Origin: the human T2T-CHM13v2.0 reference genome, Homo sapiens
DNA length: 64,000 nt
Direction: 5' to 3' (one strand)
Assembly: GCF_009914755.1 (NCBI RefSeq)
Contig: NC_060947.1
Shown: positions 12,341-25,556 of the stretch, in pieces
Layout of the letters: each line of letters opens with the position of its first letter
Position numbering within the stretch: position 1 is the stretch's first letter
Position numbers and translations under genes: made by a program
Notes under the pieces: generated by a model
Database searches by the model: none
Seen by the model: the letters and a program-made list of their open reading frames with translations, nothing else
Told to the model about the DNA's origin: nothing

Positions 12341-15315
12341 TATACACATGCATAAGTGGAGAAAAATATCTGAAAGAACACACCAAACATCAGTTTTACA
12401 TCTGGGAAGAAGTTATATTATAAATGGTGGTAAAGGAATATTTCAAAAAATGTAGAAAATTCAAAAGTAGAAAGAAAAAAGACTGTTCACAAATTCCCTC
12501 AATTCAAAGCTAACTATTGTTACCCTTCTGTGTACACACACATACATATATGCACGTAGATATCTCTAGCTCTCTTTTACACAACGTGGGATCCCACATA
12601 CATGCTACTTTCATAACTTGCTTTTTTGTTTAACCATACACTGTGGATTTTTTTCATGACATTAATTGCCTATTTTATTTATTTAACAATAACTTATAGT
12701 GCATACTATATTCCAGGCACTTTCCCAAATACCATACATATACATAAATCTGAATTCTTTCAATGCTTTTTAAAGGTATTATTGTTACTGCTATAAAAGC
12801 ATTATCATTTGTGTACGTAACATCAACATTAATCATTCAGATGAAGGAGAAATAAGGAAAGAGTGCCTATCACTGTAATGGAACTGAGAAAATTTTCAGA
12901 GGACCTTCCATGCACAGGTTGAGGCCCTTCTAGAGAATACCTGGAAAATGTTATTTGGATCTGGACCGCAACATGAAGAGAGAAGCAAGTTAATGACTCT
13001 TTTTACAAAACTCTATTCATATACACAGCACATTTTTGTTATACATCCAAGTAATTTTTTTAAACCACAAAGAGAATTACCAGTCAAGTAGCTCTGACAC
13101 AAGCTTCCTTTGATTAGACCTCCCATGCTGGTAGCCACTGCAACTGCTTGGATCTTTTTTTTTTTCAAGACAAGTCCCATTTGCCACAGAGATTTATAGT
13201 ATTTCCATTTCAGCCTGTATAGCACTAATCACTATTAGAATATGGGCAAAAAGCCTGTTAATAAATATAGTGATGGAATCCATAACAGATGCTTTTCTCA
13301 CAATAAAAGCTTGAATTTCACACACCTCCTAAATTTCCTGTGTCTCATGACCAAATTTCAGGTATTTGGAAAGTTTGTTTGATAAAGTGTCACTTGGGGA
13401 TAAGAGATGGGCCATTTCTCTTGGGATTAAACCTGAATATTTAGACTTCATTGCCTCTTTGAATGTACTCTTATAGATGTCACTTTTCAACTTGCAGGTT
13501 TAAGTATCTAAAACCACTAACACCAAGTAATGAGAAGGACTCTAGTCTGATTATACTAAACATCTCGGTTCAAGTTCACTAAAAATTCTCCAGCACATCT
13601 GCTGTTACAGTCATGGTGGAGAGAAGAGTGGCCTGGTAATTAGAAAACCTGGCTCCTAATCCTGGCTCTGTCCTTAATCATGCAAACAGTAATGCTATCT
13701 TTTCTTGAGTTCTATTCTACATGTCAGGTGCTTTGCTGAGTGCTTCACATGGATTTTGACATATTGACTCTTACAAACATCCTATGAAGTAGGTACTATC
13801 ATTATTCTTGTTTAACAGGCAAGGAAACTGATAACTAGAAAGATTGAAATGATTTGCTAAGAGTTACAGCTAACAGCCCAGCATCACACCCATGAGTGCC
13901 CACGCATGTGGACAAGGGGCCTGGGGATCAACCCACTAGCTCAATGCCATCAGTGTCCACCCACATGTTTCAGAAACCTGAGGACAAGCCATTCCAGCCT
14001 GCTGGTGCCTATGCACACCAGCTGAGAGCCTGGAGATCAACCAGCCACACCTGCCACAGCCTGCATCCGTGTGCACCATCAGGAGCCTGAGGACAGGCTA
14101 GCTCTCCCTGGCACCACCTCCTCTAGTGCCCATATATGTCTTTGGGGGTTCTGGGGATTGGATTGCCTCACCTGCTGCCAGTGGTATCCAGAAACTCTTC
14201 CTGGAGGTCTGAGGATGTGCCCACCTGTCCTGCTACCACCACCACTGCCAGCACCTACTTGCATAAACCACCTGGTAACCTGGGGATTGGCCCACCCAGT
14301 TTGCAGCTGCCACTGCTGATGTCTGTGCATACCACATGAAGGGCCAAGAGCTGGCCTGCCACAGCTACTGCCACCATTGTCAATTGCTACACACCATCCA
14401 GGGACCCAAAGACACACTTGACTTACTGTTACCACTCCACTGCTGGAACATGAACAAGATACCTGGAGGCCCAAGGATCAACCTGCCTTGACCCACTACC
14501 ACCAGATCTCACACACACTTTCATGGGGGCCCAATGACTGGCATGTTTGGCCCACTGCTGCCACCACTAGGGCCCAAGGATCAGCCCATCTGACATCCCT
14601 GTCTCCAGTAAGGCCCTACCACATCCTCCACTAACAACTTCAGCCTAAGCCACTGAAGAACTCACAGACACCATTTATGCTGATTGCAGTCAAATAAATC
14701 ATACAGAGACTACAGAAAAGCGTGCACCCAGAATCAATGGAAAATCACCCAATCCAACCAGAACTATAGATAAATTTATAAGAAACAGTCTTTACCTACA
14801 AAATCCTATCCATAAAATAAGTGACTGCTACATCAGACATGCAAATATCAACATAAGAACACAAGAAACATGAAAAAACAAGGAACTATGACACCTCCAA
14901 AGAACATAATTCTCCCGCAATAGATTCCACTGAAAAAGAAATCCATAAAATGCCTGAAAAAATGCAAAATGATATTAGAGAAGCTCAGTGAGATGCAAAA
15001 GAACACAGATAAACAATACAAAGAAATCAGAAAAAAAAGATTTATAATCTAAATGAGAAATTCAACACAGATAACTATCATAAAAAAGAATCAAACAGAA
15101 GTCTTGGAGCTGAGGAATTCAATGGGTGAAATGAAATAAAACATATAACTGAGTTTCAACAATAGACTAGATCAAGCAAAAGAAGGAATTTTTAAACTTG
15201 AAGGCAGGTCTTTTGAAATAACCCAATCAGGCAAAAAAGAGGAAAAATAATTTTAAAAAAGAATAAAGAAAGCCTATGTGGCATATGGAACAACATAAAG
15301 CAACCAAATATTGAA

Positions 15316-15691
15316 ATACTATGCAGCCATAAAAAATGATGAGTTCATGTCCTTTGTAGGGACATGGATGAAATTGGAAATCATCATTCTCAGTAAACTA
15401 TCGCAACAACAAAAACCAAACACCGCATATTCTCACTCATAGGTGGGAATTGAACAATGAGAACACATGGACACAGGAAGGGGAACATCACACTCTGGGG
15501 ACTGTTGTGGGGTGGGGGGAGGGGGGAGGGATAGCATTGGGAGATATACCTAATGCTAGATGACGAGTTAGTGGGTGCAGCGCACCAGCATGGCACATGT
15601 ATACATATGTAACTAACCTGCACATTGTGCACATGTACCCTAAAACTTAAAGTATAATAATAATAATAATAATAATAAAGAAAAAAAAAAG
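15316..15691 (+). mobile_element. Young 5'-truncated L1PA2/3 3' end
   Basis: Near-consensus 3'UTR with gatgacGAGttagtgggtgcagcgcaccagc (GAG, not Ta ACA), (TAA)n/A tail, short TSD gaaat. Confidence 0.88.
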
Positions 15692-16302
15692 AAATTGTGG
15701 GTGTTCCAGAAGAAGACATGGGCAAAGGCACAAAAATCTATTTAATGAAATAATAGCTGAAAACTTTGAAGTCTTGCAAGAGATACAGACATCTAGTCAC
15801 AGGAAGCTCAAAGATCCCCAAAGAGATTCAACCTAGAATGGTCTTTTCCAAGGCATATTATAGCCAAATTGTCAAAAGTCAAAGACAGAGAGAATTCTAA
15901 AAACAGTAAGAGAAAAGTGTCAAGTCACATATGAGTGAATCTCCATCAGTGTAAGAATGGATTTCTCAACAGAAACCTTATAGGAAAGGAGAGGATGGGA
16001 TGAGGTACTCAAAAGTGCTGAAAAGAAAAAAAAAAGAGGCCAGTCAAGGGTAATATAACAAGCAAAGTTCGTCTTCATAAATGGAGATATAAACTCTTTC
16101 CTCCACAGGCAAAAACTGAGGGAATTCATCAACACTAGACCAGCCATCCAAGAAATACTTAAGGGAGTCCTACATCTGGAAGCAAAAGGACAATACCTAT
16201 TATCACAAAAACACACACAAAAGTATAAAGGAGATACACAAATGAGAAAGAGAAACAACTCAAATATTACCATTACAGAAAACCACAAAGCCATAATGAT
16301 AA

Positions 16303-16379
16303 ATGGATGGAAGGAAGGAAGAAACGAAGGAAGGAAGGAAGGAAGGAAGGAAGGAAGGAAGGAGGGAAGGAAGGAAGGA
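16303..16379. repeat. (GGAA)n microsatellite
   Basis: About 8 uninterrupted GGAA units at 16329-16360 plus flanking units. Confidence 0.9.
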
Positions 16380-17498
16380 CTCAGACACCACTTATGCTGA
16401 TTACAGCCAAAGAAATCACACAGAGACTACACAAAAGCATGCACCCAGAATCAAAGCAAAAGTGCCTTACCCAACCAACACTATAGATACATCCATAAGA
16501 AACAGTATTTACCTACAAAATCCAATCCATAAAATAAAAGAGGTGACTGTTACATGAGACATGCAGATATCAACATAAGGACAGTTGATATCCTTTGATG
16601 AATTTCTCATTGAGATTATAAATCTTTTTTTTCTGATTTCTTTGCATTATTTGTGTTATTTTGCATATTATTGAGCTTCTGTAATATCATTATTTTACAT
16701 TCTTTTCAGGAATTTTATGGATTTTTCATTGGAATCTATTGCTAGAAAATTATTAAGTTCTTTGGAGCTGTCACAGTTCCTTGCTTTTTCATGTTTCTTA
16801 TAGGTTGTACAAAACAATCAGAAAATAATTAGCAAAATGACAGAAATAAGTCCTCACCTATCAATAATAACCATGAATGTAAACAAATTAAATTCCCCTA
16901 AAAGATATAGACAGGTTAAAATGGATTTTTAAAAGTATGACCCAGTTATATGCTACCTACAAGAAACTAAGTTCCCTGTAAAGACATGCATACACTGAAA
17001 GTAAAGGGATGGAAAAAGATATTCCATGCAAACAGAAACAAAGGTAAGCAGGAATAGCTATACTTCTATCATATAAAAGAAACTTCAAGTCAAAAATAGT
17101 AAATAGAGATAAAGAAGGTCACTATATAATGATAAAGGGATCAATTCATGAAAAGAACATAAGAATTCTAAATATGTTTGCACCAAAACTCAGATAACCC
17201 AGATATATATAGCAAACATTTTTAGATATAAAGGGAGAGATTGATGCAAATACAATAATAGTTGGGGACTTCAACACCACACACTCAGGATTGGACAGGT
17301 CATCTATAGACAAAATTAACAAGGAAACAATTGTACTTTAGACTAAAATGGACCTAACAAATATTTAAGGAACATTTCATTCAATAACTGCAAGATACAC
17401 GTTCTTCTCATTAACACATGGAACATTCTCCAAGATAGACCATACATTAGGACACAAAACAAGCCTCAACACATTTTTAAAAATTAAAATCATATCCT

Positions 17499-17855
<357 letters not shown>

Positions 17856-17977
17856 TCAATAACAAGAGGAAACACTACAAATACATGGAAATTAAACAAC
17901 ATGTTCTTGAATAACCATTGTGTCAAGGAAGAAATAGAGAAGGAAATCAAAAATGTCTTGAAATAAATGAAAATGGA

Positions 17978-18230
17978 GGCTAGGTGCAGTGGCTCATGCC
18001 TGCAATCCCAGCACTTTGGGAGGCTGAGACAGGAATCTCACTTGAGGCCAGGAGTTTGAGACCATACTAGGCAACATAGTGAGACCTTGTCTCTACAAAA
18101 AATATAAAAAATAGACAGGTATGGTGACACATGCCTGTAGTCCTAGCACCTCTGGAGGAAGGAAGGAAGGAAGGAAGGTAGGAAGGAAGGAAGGAAGGAA
18201 AGAAGGGAGGGAGGGAGGGAGGGAAAGAAG
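17978..18230 (+). mobile_element. Truncated AluJ ending in (GGAA)n/(GGGA)n
   Basis: Left monomer plus the start of the right monomer, then a purine repeat. Confidence 0.85.
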
Positions 18231-18459
18231 AAACAATATACAAGCATATCAAAACCTATGGAATACAGCAAAAGCAATGCTAAGAAGGAAGTTTATAGCA
18301 ATAAACACCATATCAAAAAAGTAGAAAGATTTCAAATAAACAACTTAGCAATGTGTGTCAAGGAACTAGAAAAGCAATAATAAATTAAACCTAAAACTAG
18401 CAGATGGAAAAACAAAACAAAGAACAGAGGAGAACTAGGCAAAATTCAGAAGAAAAAAA

Positions 18460-18594
18460 ATACATATATATTTTACATATATACAAATGTATATGTATTA
18501 CAAAAAATACATATATACTGTGTGTGTGTGTATATATATGTGTATGTATGTATGTGTGTGTATATATATACATATGTGTATATATATATATATA

Positions 18595-18633
<39 letters not shown>
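18460..18633. repeat. (TA)n/(TG)n compound microsatellite
   Basis: Direct read. Confidence 0.9.
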
Positions 18634-18635
<2 letters not shown>

Positions 18636-19839
18636 GACCAACAAGACAAAAAGTTGGTTTTTTGAAAGATAAACAAAATTGCTAAACTGCTAGCTAGACT
18701 AACTAAAAAAAGGAGAGAGGACCCAAACAAATAAAATCAGAAATTAAAAATGAGACATTATAACTGATACCACAGAAATACAAAAGCTCATTAGAGACTA
18801 TTATGAACAACTAACTATATGTTAATAAACTGGAAAACCTCGAGGAAATGAACAAATTCCTGGATACTTACAACCTACCAAGATTGAATGCAGAATAAAT
18901 AGCAAACCTGAATAGAACAATAATGAATAATGAGATTGAATAAGTAATTAAAAGTCTCGCAATAAAGAAAAGCCCAGGACTGGCTTTACTGCTGAATTCT
19001 ACCAAAATTACAAAGAAGAACTCACACCATTTATTCTTGAACTATTCCAAAAAACTTAAAAGGTGGGAATTCTTCCTAACTCATTCTACAAGACCAGAAA
19101 TACCCTATACCAAAACCAGAAAATAATGTAACAAAAAAGAAATTATAGGCCAATATTCCCGATGAAGATGGACACAACATTCTCCACAAAATACTAACAA
19201 ACTGAATCTAACAGCACATCAAATAGATAATACGCTATGATCAAGTGGGATTTATCCCCAGGATGCAAGGATGTTTCAAGATATGGAAACCAATAAATGT
19301 TGATGTAATAATCAACAGAATGAAGAACAAAACAATGTGATTATATACTCCGATGCACAAAAAGCATTTGACAAAATTCAGCATCCCTCCATGGTAAAAA
19401 CTCACAACAAGCTACACACTGAAGGATCATACCTCAACAGCATAAAGGCCATTTATGACAAAACCACAGCTAACAACATACTGAATGGGGAAAACCTGAA
19501 AGCCTTTCCTCTAAAAACGGGAGCAAGACAAGGATACCCACTTTCACCAGTCCTATTCAACATACTACTAGAAGTCCTGGCCAGAGCAATCAGGAAATAG
19601 AAAGAAATGAAAGGTATCCAAATAGGAAAAAAAGGAAGTCACACTGTCCCTCTCTGTGGATGACATAATCGTATATATAGCAAAACCTGAAGGTTCCACA
19701 AAAAGCTCTTAGGATAGAGAAAGAAACTGAGTAAAATTTCAGATACAGAATAAACATACAAAAACCAACAGCATTTCTACACAACAATAAGAAACTAACT
19801 GAAAAAGCAATACCAAAGACAGGCAATAACAAATGCTCA

Positions 19840-21430
19840 ATATCACCAGCAGAACCTGCAGAACAGCAAAGATTGCTATCTGTTCCTTCCTCTGGAAGCT
19901 TCGTCCCAGAAAGGCACCCACCAGATGCCAGCTGGAGCTCTCCTGTATATCTGTTGACCGCTGCCAGGAGGTGTCTCCCAGTCAGGAGGCACAGGGGTCA
20001 GGGACCCACTTGAGGAGGCAGTCTGTCCCTTAGCAGAGCTCCAGCGCTGTGCTGGGAGATTCACTGCTCTCTTCAGAGCCAGCGGGCAGGAATATTTAAG
20101 TCTGCTGAAGCTGTGCGCACAGTTGCCGCTTCCCCCAAGTGCTCTGTCCCAGGGAGATGGGAGTTTTATCTATAAGCCCCTGACTAGCCATACACAAAAA
20201 ACTGAAACTGGACCCCTTCCTTACATCTTATACAAAAATTAACTCAAGATGGATTAAAGACTTAAATGTAAGACCTAAAACCATAAAAATCCTAAAAGAA
20301 AACCTAGGCAATACCATTCAGGACATAGGCATGAACAAATATTTCATGACTAAAACACCAAAAGCAATGGAAACAAAAGCCAAAATTGACAATGGGATCT
20401 AATTAAACTAAAGAGCTTCTGCACAGCAAAAGAAACTATCATCAGGGTGAATAGACAACCTAGAGAAAGGGAGAAAAATTTTGCAATCCATCCATCTGAC
20501 AAAGGGCTTATATCTGGAATCTATAAGGAACTTAAACCAATTTACAAGAAAAAAACAACCCCATCAGAAAGTGGGCGAAGGATATGAACAGACACTTCTC
20601 AAAAGAAGACATTTATGTGGCCAACAAACATATGAAAAAAAGCTCATCATCACTGGTCATTAGAGAAATGCAAATCAAAACCACAATGAGATACCATCTC
20701 ACACCAGTTAGAATGGCGGTCATTAAAAAGTCAGGAAACAATAGATGCTGGAGAGGATGTGGAGAAATAGGAACACTTTTATACTGTTGGTGGGAGTGTA
20801 AATTAGTTCAACCATTGTGGAAGACAGTGTGGCAATTCCTCAAGGATCTAGAACCAGAAATACCAATTGATCCAGCCATCCCATTACTGGGTATATACCC
20901 AAAGGAATATAAATCATTCTACTATAAAGACACATGCACATGTATGTTTATTGCAGCACTATTCACAATAGCAAAGACTTGCAACCAACTCAAATGCCCA
21001 TCAATGATAGACTGGATAAAGAAAATATGGCACATATATACCATGGAATACTATGGAATACTATGGAATACTATGCAGCCATAAAAAAGGATGAGTTCAT
21101 GTTCTTTGCAGGGACATGGATGAAGCTGGAAACCATCACTCTCAGCAAACTGACACAGGAACAGAAAACCCAACATCGCATGTTCTCACTCATAAGTGGC
21201 AGTTGAACAATGAGAACGCATGGACACAGGGAGGGGAACATCACACACTGGGGCCTGTCATGGGGAAGCTAAGGGAGGGATAGCATTAAGAAAAATACCT
21301 AATGTAGATGACGGGTTGATGGGTGCAGCAAACCACCATGACACATGTATACCTATGTAACAAACCTGCATGTTCTGCACATGTATCCCAGAACTTAAAG
21401 TATAATAAAACAAAACACACAAACAAACAA
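19840..21430 (+). mobile_element. L1PA (L1PA7/8-like) with inverted 5'UTR segment
   Basis: 19845-20185 is antisense L1PA 5'UTR; 20186-21410 is sense ORF2 end and 3'UTR; TSD aacaaatg(c/a)t. Confidence 0.85.
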
Positions 21431-22031
21431 ACAAATGATGGCAAGGAGGTGGAGTAAAGGAAACACTCGTATACTGTTGGTGGGAATGTAAATTAGTACA
21501 ACCACGATGGAGAACAATTTGGAGGTTCCTCAAAACAATAAAAATAGAGCTACCATATGATCCAGCAATCCCATTGCTGGGTATATATCCAAAAACATGG
21601 TAATCAGTATATTGAAGAGATATCTGTACTCCCATGTTTATTTTAGCATTATTCACAATAGCCATGATATGGAATCAACCTAAGTGTCCATCAGCAGATA
21701 AATGGATAAAGAAAATGTGGTACACAATGGAATATTATTCAGCCATAAAAATAATGAAATCCTGTCATTTGCAGCAACATGGATGGAACTGAAGGTCATT
21801 ATGTTAACTGAAATTAGCCAGGCACAGAAAGACAAATGTCATATGTTCTCACTTATTTATGAAATCTAAAAATGTAAACAATTGAACTCATGGACATAGA
21901 GAGTAGAAAGATGGTTACCAGAGGCTGGGAAGAGTAATGGGGGTGTGGGAAGGAGGTGGGGACAAAAAATAGAATGAATAAGACCTAGTATTTGATAGCA
22001 CAACAGGGTGACTAGAGTCAATAATAATTTA

Positions 22032-23341
22032 TTTTTATTTTTTAAAAAAATTTGGACATATGAGTTTAATTACCTGCTAGGTCATCAGATGGAAATATGT
22101 AGTAGTAAATGGATGGAAAAAAGGTTTATAAACTTAGGAGAGAGGCGGGCATTTTTAGACCACTTGAAATTTAGACATTCACCAGATTGGACAATTTTGG
22201 GCATTTAAAATAAATCATTTTGCCACAAAAAACACAAAGCAATGTATTAAAACTGGTTTAGAGAATTGCCCAAATGATTTTTTCAACATGATTTGAATTT
22301 TTTTCATATTACATTAAATGTCAAATTTTCTTCGGCAAATCTATCCAAATACTACATTTTCATTCTACAACTTAATTTATATTAATATAGTAGAGTGTCC
22401 TAAATTGATGTTCATCAGGATACCTTCCTCTAAGCCCTAATGGTTTCTATCTTCCATTTAAAATGTACAAGTATCTTTTAATTAAGTTGTCATTCTCAAA
22501 GATATTCTGGAGAAATGATTAGGAATTAAACACCTATAAATTCTTCTTCACTTCTGTTACAGTGTAGCAATTTATTATCTAATCCATAGTGGTCTATCAA
22601 TTGAGTAGGTTTACTTTCTTGTTCTCTGCAGACATAGCTGACTACAACTCATAAAGCAACGGCTGGCTACAGCTTCTCTACTTCTTTATTAACAACTGTA
22701 ACTGAGACGATCAACATTCTTTGATCTATATACATTTGGACAAGATTTCGCCTCCAAAAGAAAGTCTTCTTTCTCCTGAACCTGCTTCACCAATTTTGCT
22801 TTTTCTTCGTTTAATTCTTGTTTAGGAAGATTCTAATTCACAAACTCATTTTGGAGAGCACTGAATGACACAGAATCAAGTGACTGAGATTCACTCACAT
22901 TGATATTCTTGAAGGTATTTTTCAAATATGTGATTTCTTCAAATTCACTTGTCTATGTGTTTAAAATTTTCTTGAAATTCCAAACAGTTTTCCTCTGTGG
23001 AATACGCTGGTTTCTCTGAAAAGTTCTGATTGTTTTCTTCATTCTCTACTTTAAGACGTTTTATCACATTGTAACAGGAATTAAATGAAGATCTTGTTTT
23101 CCTTAATCTTTCTTTAAGTGTTGCACTCATAGGTTGTTTTCATGAACTAGTTGTACGGGGAGATGATGGATTCACAAAGGCCTGTGGAGTACTAGGCAAA
23201 ACCACAGCTGAGTCTGACTGACTTTCCATCTTGAAAATGAAATCTTGGTTTACCTCTCTGCTCTCCCCAGCATGAGCAGAAAGCACATGCAGTTGCAGCC
23301 ATAAATCTATCCTGTGCCCAAGGTGGGGCCATGCGAGAGAG
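22032..23341 (-). pseudogene. SFR1 (MEI5/C10orf78) processed pseudogene, probably SFR1P2
   Basis: Intronless decayed CDS at 23229->22526: [45 protein letters not shown]...QLIDHYGLDNKLLHCNRSEEEFIGV*, with in-frame stops and frameshifts. PolyA remnant at 22032-22043. TSD cta(g/t)agtcaataataattta at 22012-22031 and 23342-23361. Confidence 0.92.
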
Positions 23342-24108
23342 CTATAGTCAATAATAATTTAATTGTACATTTAAAAATAACTCAAGGAGTATAATTGGAT
23401 TGTTTGTAACACAAAGGATAAATGCCTGAGGAGAAGGATACCCCATTCTCTATTATGCAATTATTATGCATTGCATGCCCGTATCAAAACACCTCATATT
23501 CCCCATAAATATATACACCTACTATGTACCTACCAAAATTTTGAAAAAAAGCAATCCCATTTGAAATAGCTACAAAAAGGTACCTGGGAATAAACTTAAC
23601 TAAGGATTTGAAAGCCCTCTCCAAGGAAAACTAAAAAATTCTAATGACACAAAGTGAAGAGGATGCAAACTAATGAAAAGACATCCCAGGCTCACAGATC
23701 AGAAGAATTAACATCATTAAAGTAAGAAGACTGCCCAAAGCAGATTGAGTGCAATACTTATCAAAATGCAAATCTAACTGACGCCTGATGATCAGAGGTG
23801 ACATTCTTTACAGAAATAGAAATAACAATCCTCAAATCCATATGGAAACACAAAAGACCCTCAATAGGCAAAGCAATCCTGAACAAAAGAACAAAGCTGG
23901 AGGCATCATACTACCTAACTTCAAAATATACTGTATCAAGCTATAGAAACCAAAACATCATGTCATTGATATAAAAAGACACATAGACTAATGGAAAAGA
24001 ACAGGAAACCCAGAAATAAAACCACATATTTACAGCCAACTGATTTTTTGACAAAGGTGACAAGAATATACATAGGGAAAAGGATACCTTCCTCAATAAA
24101 TGGTGCTG

Positions 24109-24799
24109 GTGTTTTACTGTCCCTTCTGTATGGAGCTTTGGACCTGAACCTTTTATGACACTTCCTAATCAGTATAAATGTAAATTTGCATAGTACACAA
24201 ATGCATTCACAGACATACACATATAGACATGCATGAATAATAAGAGAGACCATTGATCAGCATGTTTCATGTTGGCCACTTGTGGACAGTGATTTCATCC
24301 AAAAAGAACATACGTTTTAAACATCTGAGTAGTTTAAGTTAGAAAAAAATGATGAAAGGAAAACAAGAAAACAGGATAAGTGTCCTCCAAAGAGCAGTAG
24401 CTGATGACCATACGTTGTAAACAGCCTGACTTCGACAGTGAGCGATAGGGGACATGTAATAAAGCCTGGTAGAACCCAAGAAATCCAGTGTGTCCACAGG
24501 CAGACAGGTGTATAGTATGGACCGATGTTTCTACAATTTAGGGTGAACCTTTCTGTCCCCAGTTAGTTGTGAAAATAGTTTTTAAAAACAGTTTTAGCCT
24601 TTTAAGAGTAATTTTCTAGTCCCTTCTGTGCTTTGAAATGTTAAGGATCAATTTTAGGGGCAAGTTCCCTGTTGGGAGATCCTTGTTTTCAGGATTTGAA
24701 CATGTGAATGACTTGCACCACATACTGCCGGCAGATGGGGCACTTGCTCATGCGCTTGCTACACTTGGTGCAGGTGATCATGTGCCTGCACTCAAGCAG
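24109..24799 (-). pseudogene. 5'-truncated RNF34 (CARP1)-like processed pseudogene: RING C-terminus plus probable 3'UTR
   Basis: 24799->24689 translates [36 protein letters not shown], versus recalled RNF34 [36 protein letters not shown]. The following ~580 bp of unique sequence is inferred to be 3'UTR. Confidence 0.82.
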
Positions 24800-25556
24800 G
24801 TAGAGGAATTTTCAGAGGTTCTAATAAATGACATCTCCCAGAAGTGTGTATTTCGTTTAAACATTTTGTGTGCAAGTGTCAGAAATCCAGTGGTGTTTTC
24901 TGAACATCAAAGCAGGAGATTTGATTATAAGGATACAGGAGTGTATCACAAACCCTCAGGGCAGGAATGATACTGGACCTCCAGTATCATTAGAATTAGA
25001 AAGCTCTCAGAAACCAATTCTAGGTTCACCTGGCAGTTCTGTGTCTCTCATCTCTGTTTTTTCTTTCTTTACAAACAGATTTTCTCTGCTCTACTGTCCA
25101 CCTAGTGGAAAATATGGCTGCCTATAGCTAAAGAGGTTTCATGGTACGTATCAGCCACCCAGCAAATTTAAAACTCATTATGGATCTCAATTTCAAAGTG
25201 GGTCAGGGGCCTGTCCCCACCCTAGGACGAGTCTACTGTGGCCAGAGGAGCAGGGTTATGCAGGTGATGCATGGCAATGAGTCAGGCATTGTCATGTGCT
25301 GAGGACACAAGGATGAATGACAGGGTCCCTGCACTCAAGTTGTTCACTGTCTAGAAGACAGAAACAAAATCAGAAAACTTAGAATCCAACGAAGTAAGTA
25401 CTTTACGAACAGTACTGTGGGTTCCACAGAGGGAAAAGTAATTTTGCCAAAGTATTAGCAGTCGAAGTAACACTACATCTGGATTTTAAAGACAGAATAT
25501 AAATTTGTTGTAAGAAAAGGGGTGTGGTAGTAGCAGAGAGAGGTTAGAGGTTAGGG

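Larger units (their letters stand above)
9480..12370 (+). mobile_element. Old L1M (L1ME-like) ORF2/3' fragments
   Basis: Degenerate ORF2 motifs (aaaattctagacccattcatgataaaa, ccattcatggatggg, gcaattccaatcaaa). Confidence 0.65.
19812..23550 (+). mobile_element. L1MA-type 3' end inserted into the host L1 ORF2
   Basis: Begins aaagacaggcaataacaaatg; 3'UTR at 21440-22031 and 23342-23550; TSD-like aaaagcaat at ~19803-19811 and ~23547-23555. Confidence 0.75.

Noticed and set aside
13896-14474. GC-rich block with overlapping ORFs resembling a promoter or exon
   Set aside because: CpG-depleted repetitive 5'UTR of the old L1, collinear with ORF1.
21043-21072. Short tandem duplications (atggaatact x3; also aaaaaaattagctg x2 at 29237-29264 and aagtacccaa repeats at ~52322-52350)
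   Set aside because: Ordinary slippage events with no spacer structure; not CRISPR-like.
20584-21084. 166 aa ORF
   Set aside because: C-terminal fragment of L1 ORF2, not a host gene.
24638-24970. 110 aa plus-strand ORF
   Set aside because: Antisense shadow of the RNF34-like RING fragment.
25541-25556. Telomere-like ggttagaggttaggg
   Set aside because: Only about two units, explained by the MER1B target site.
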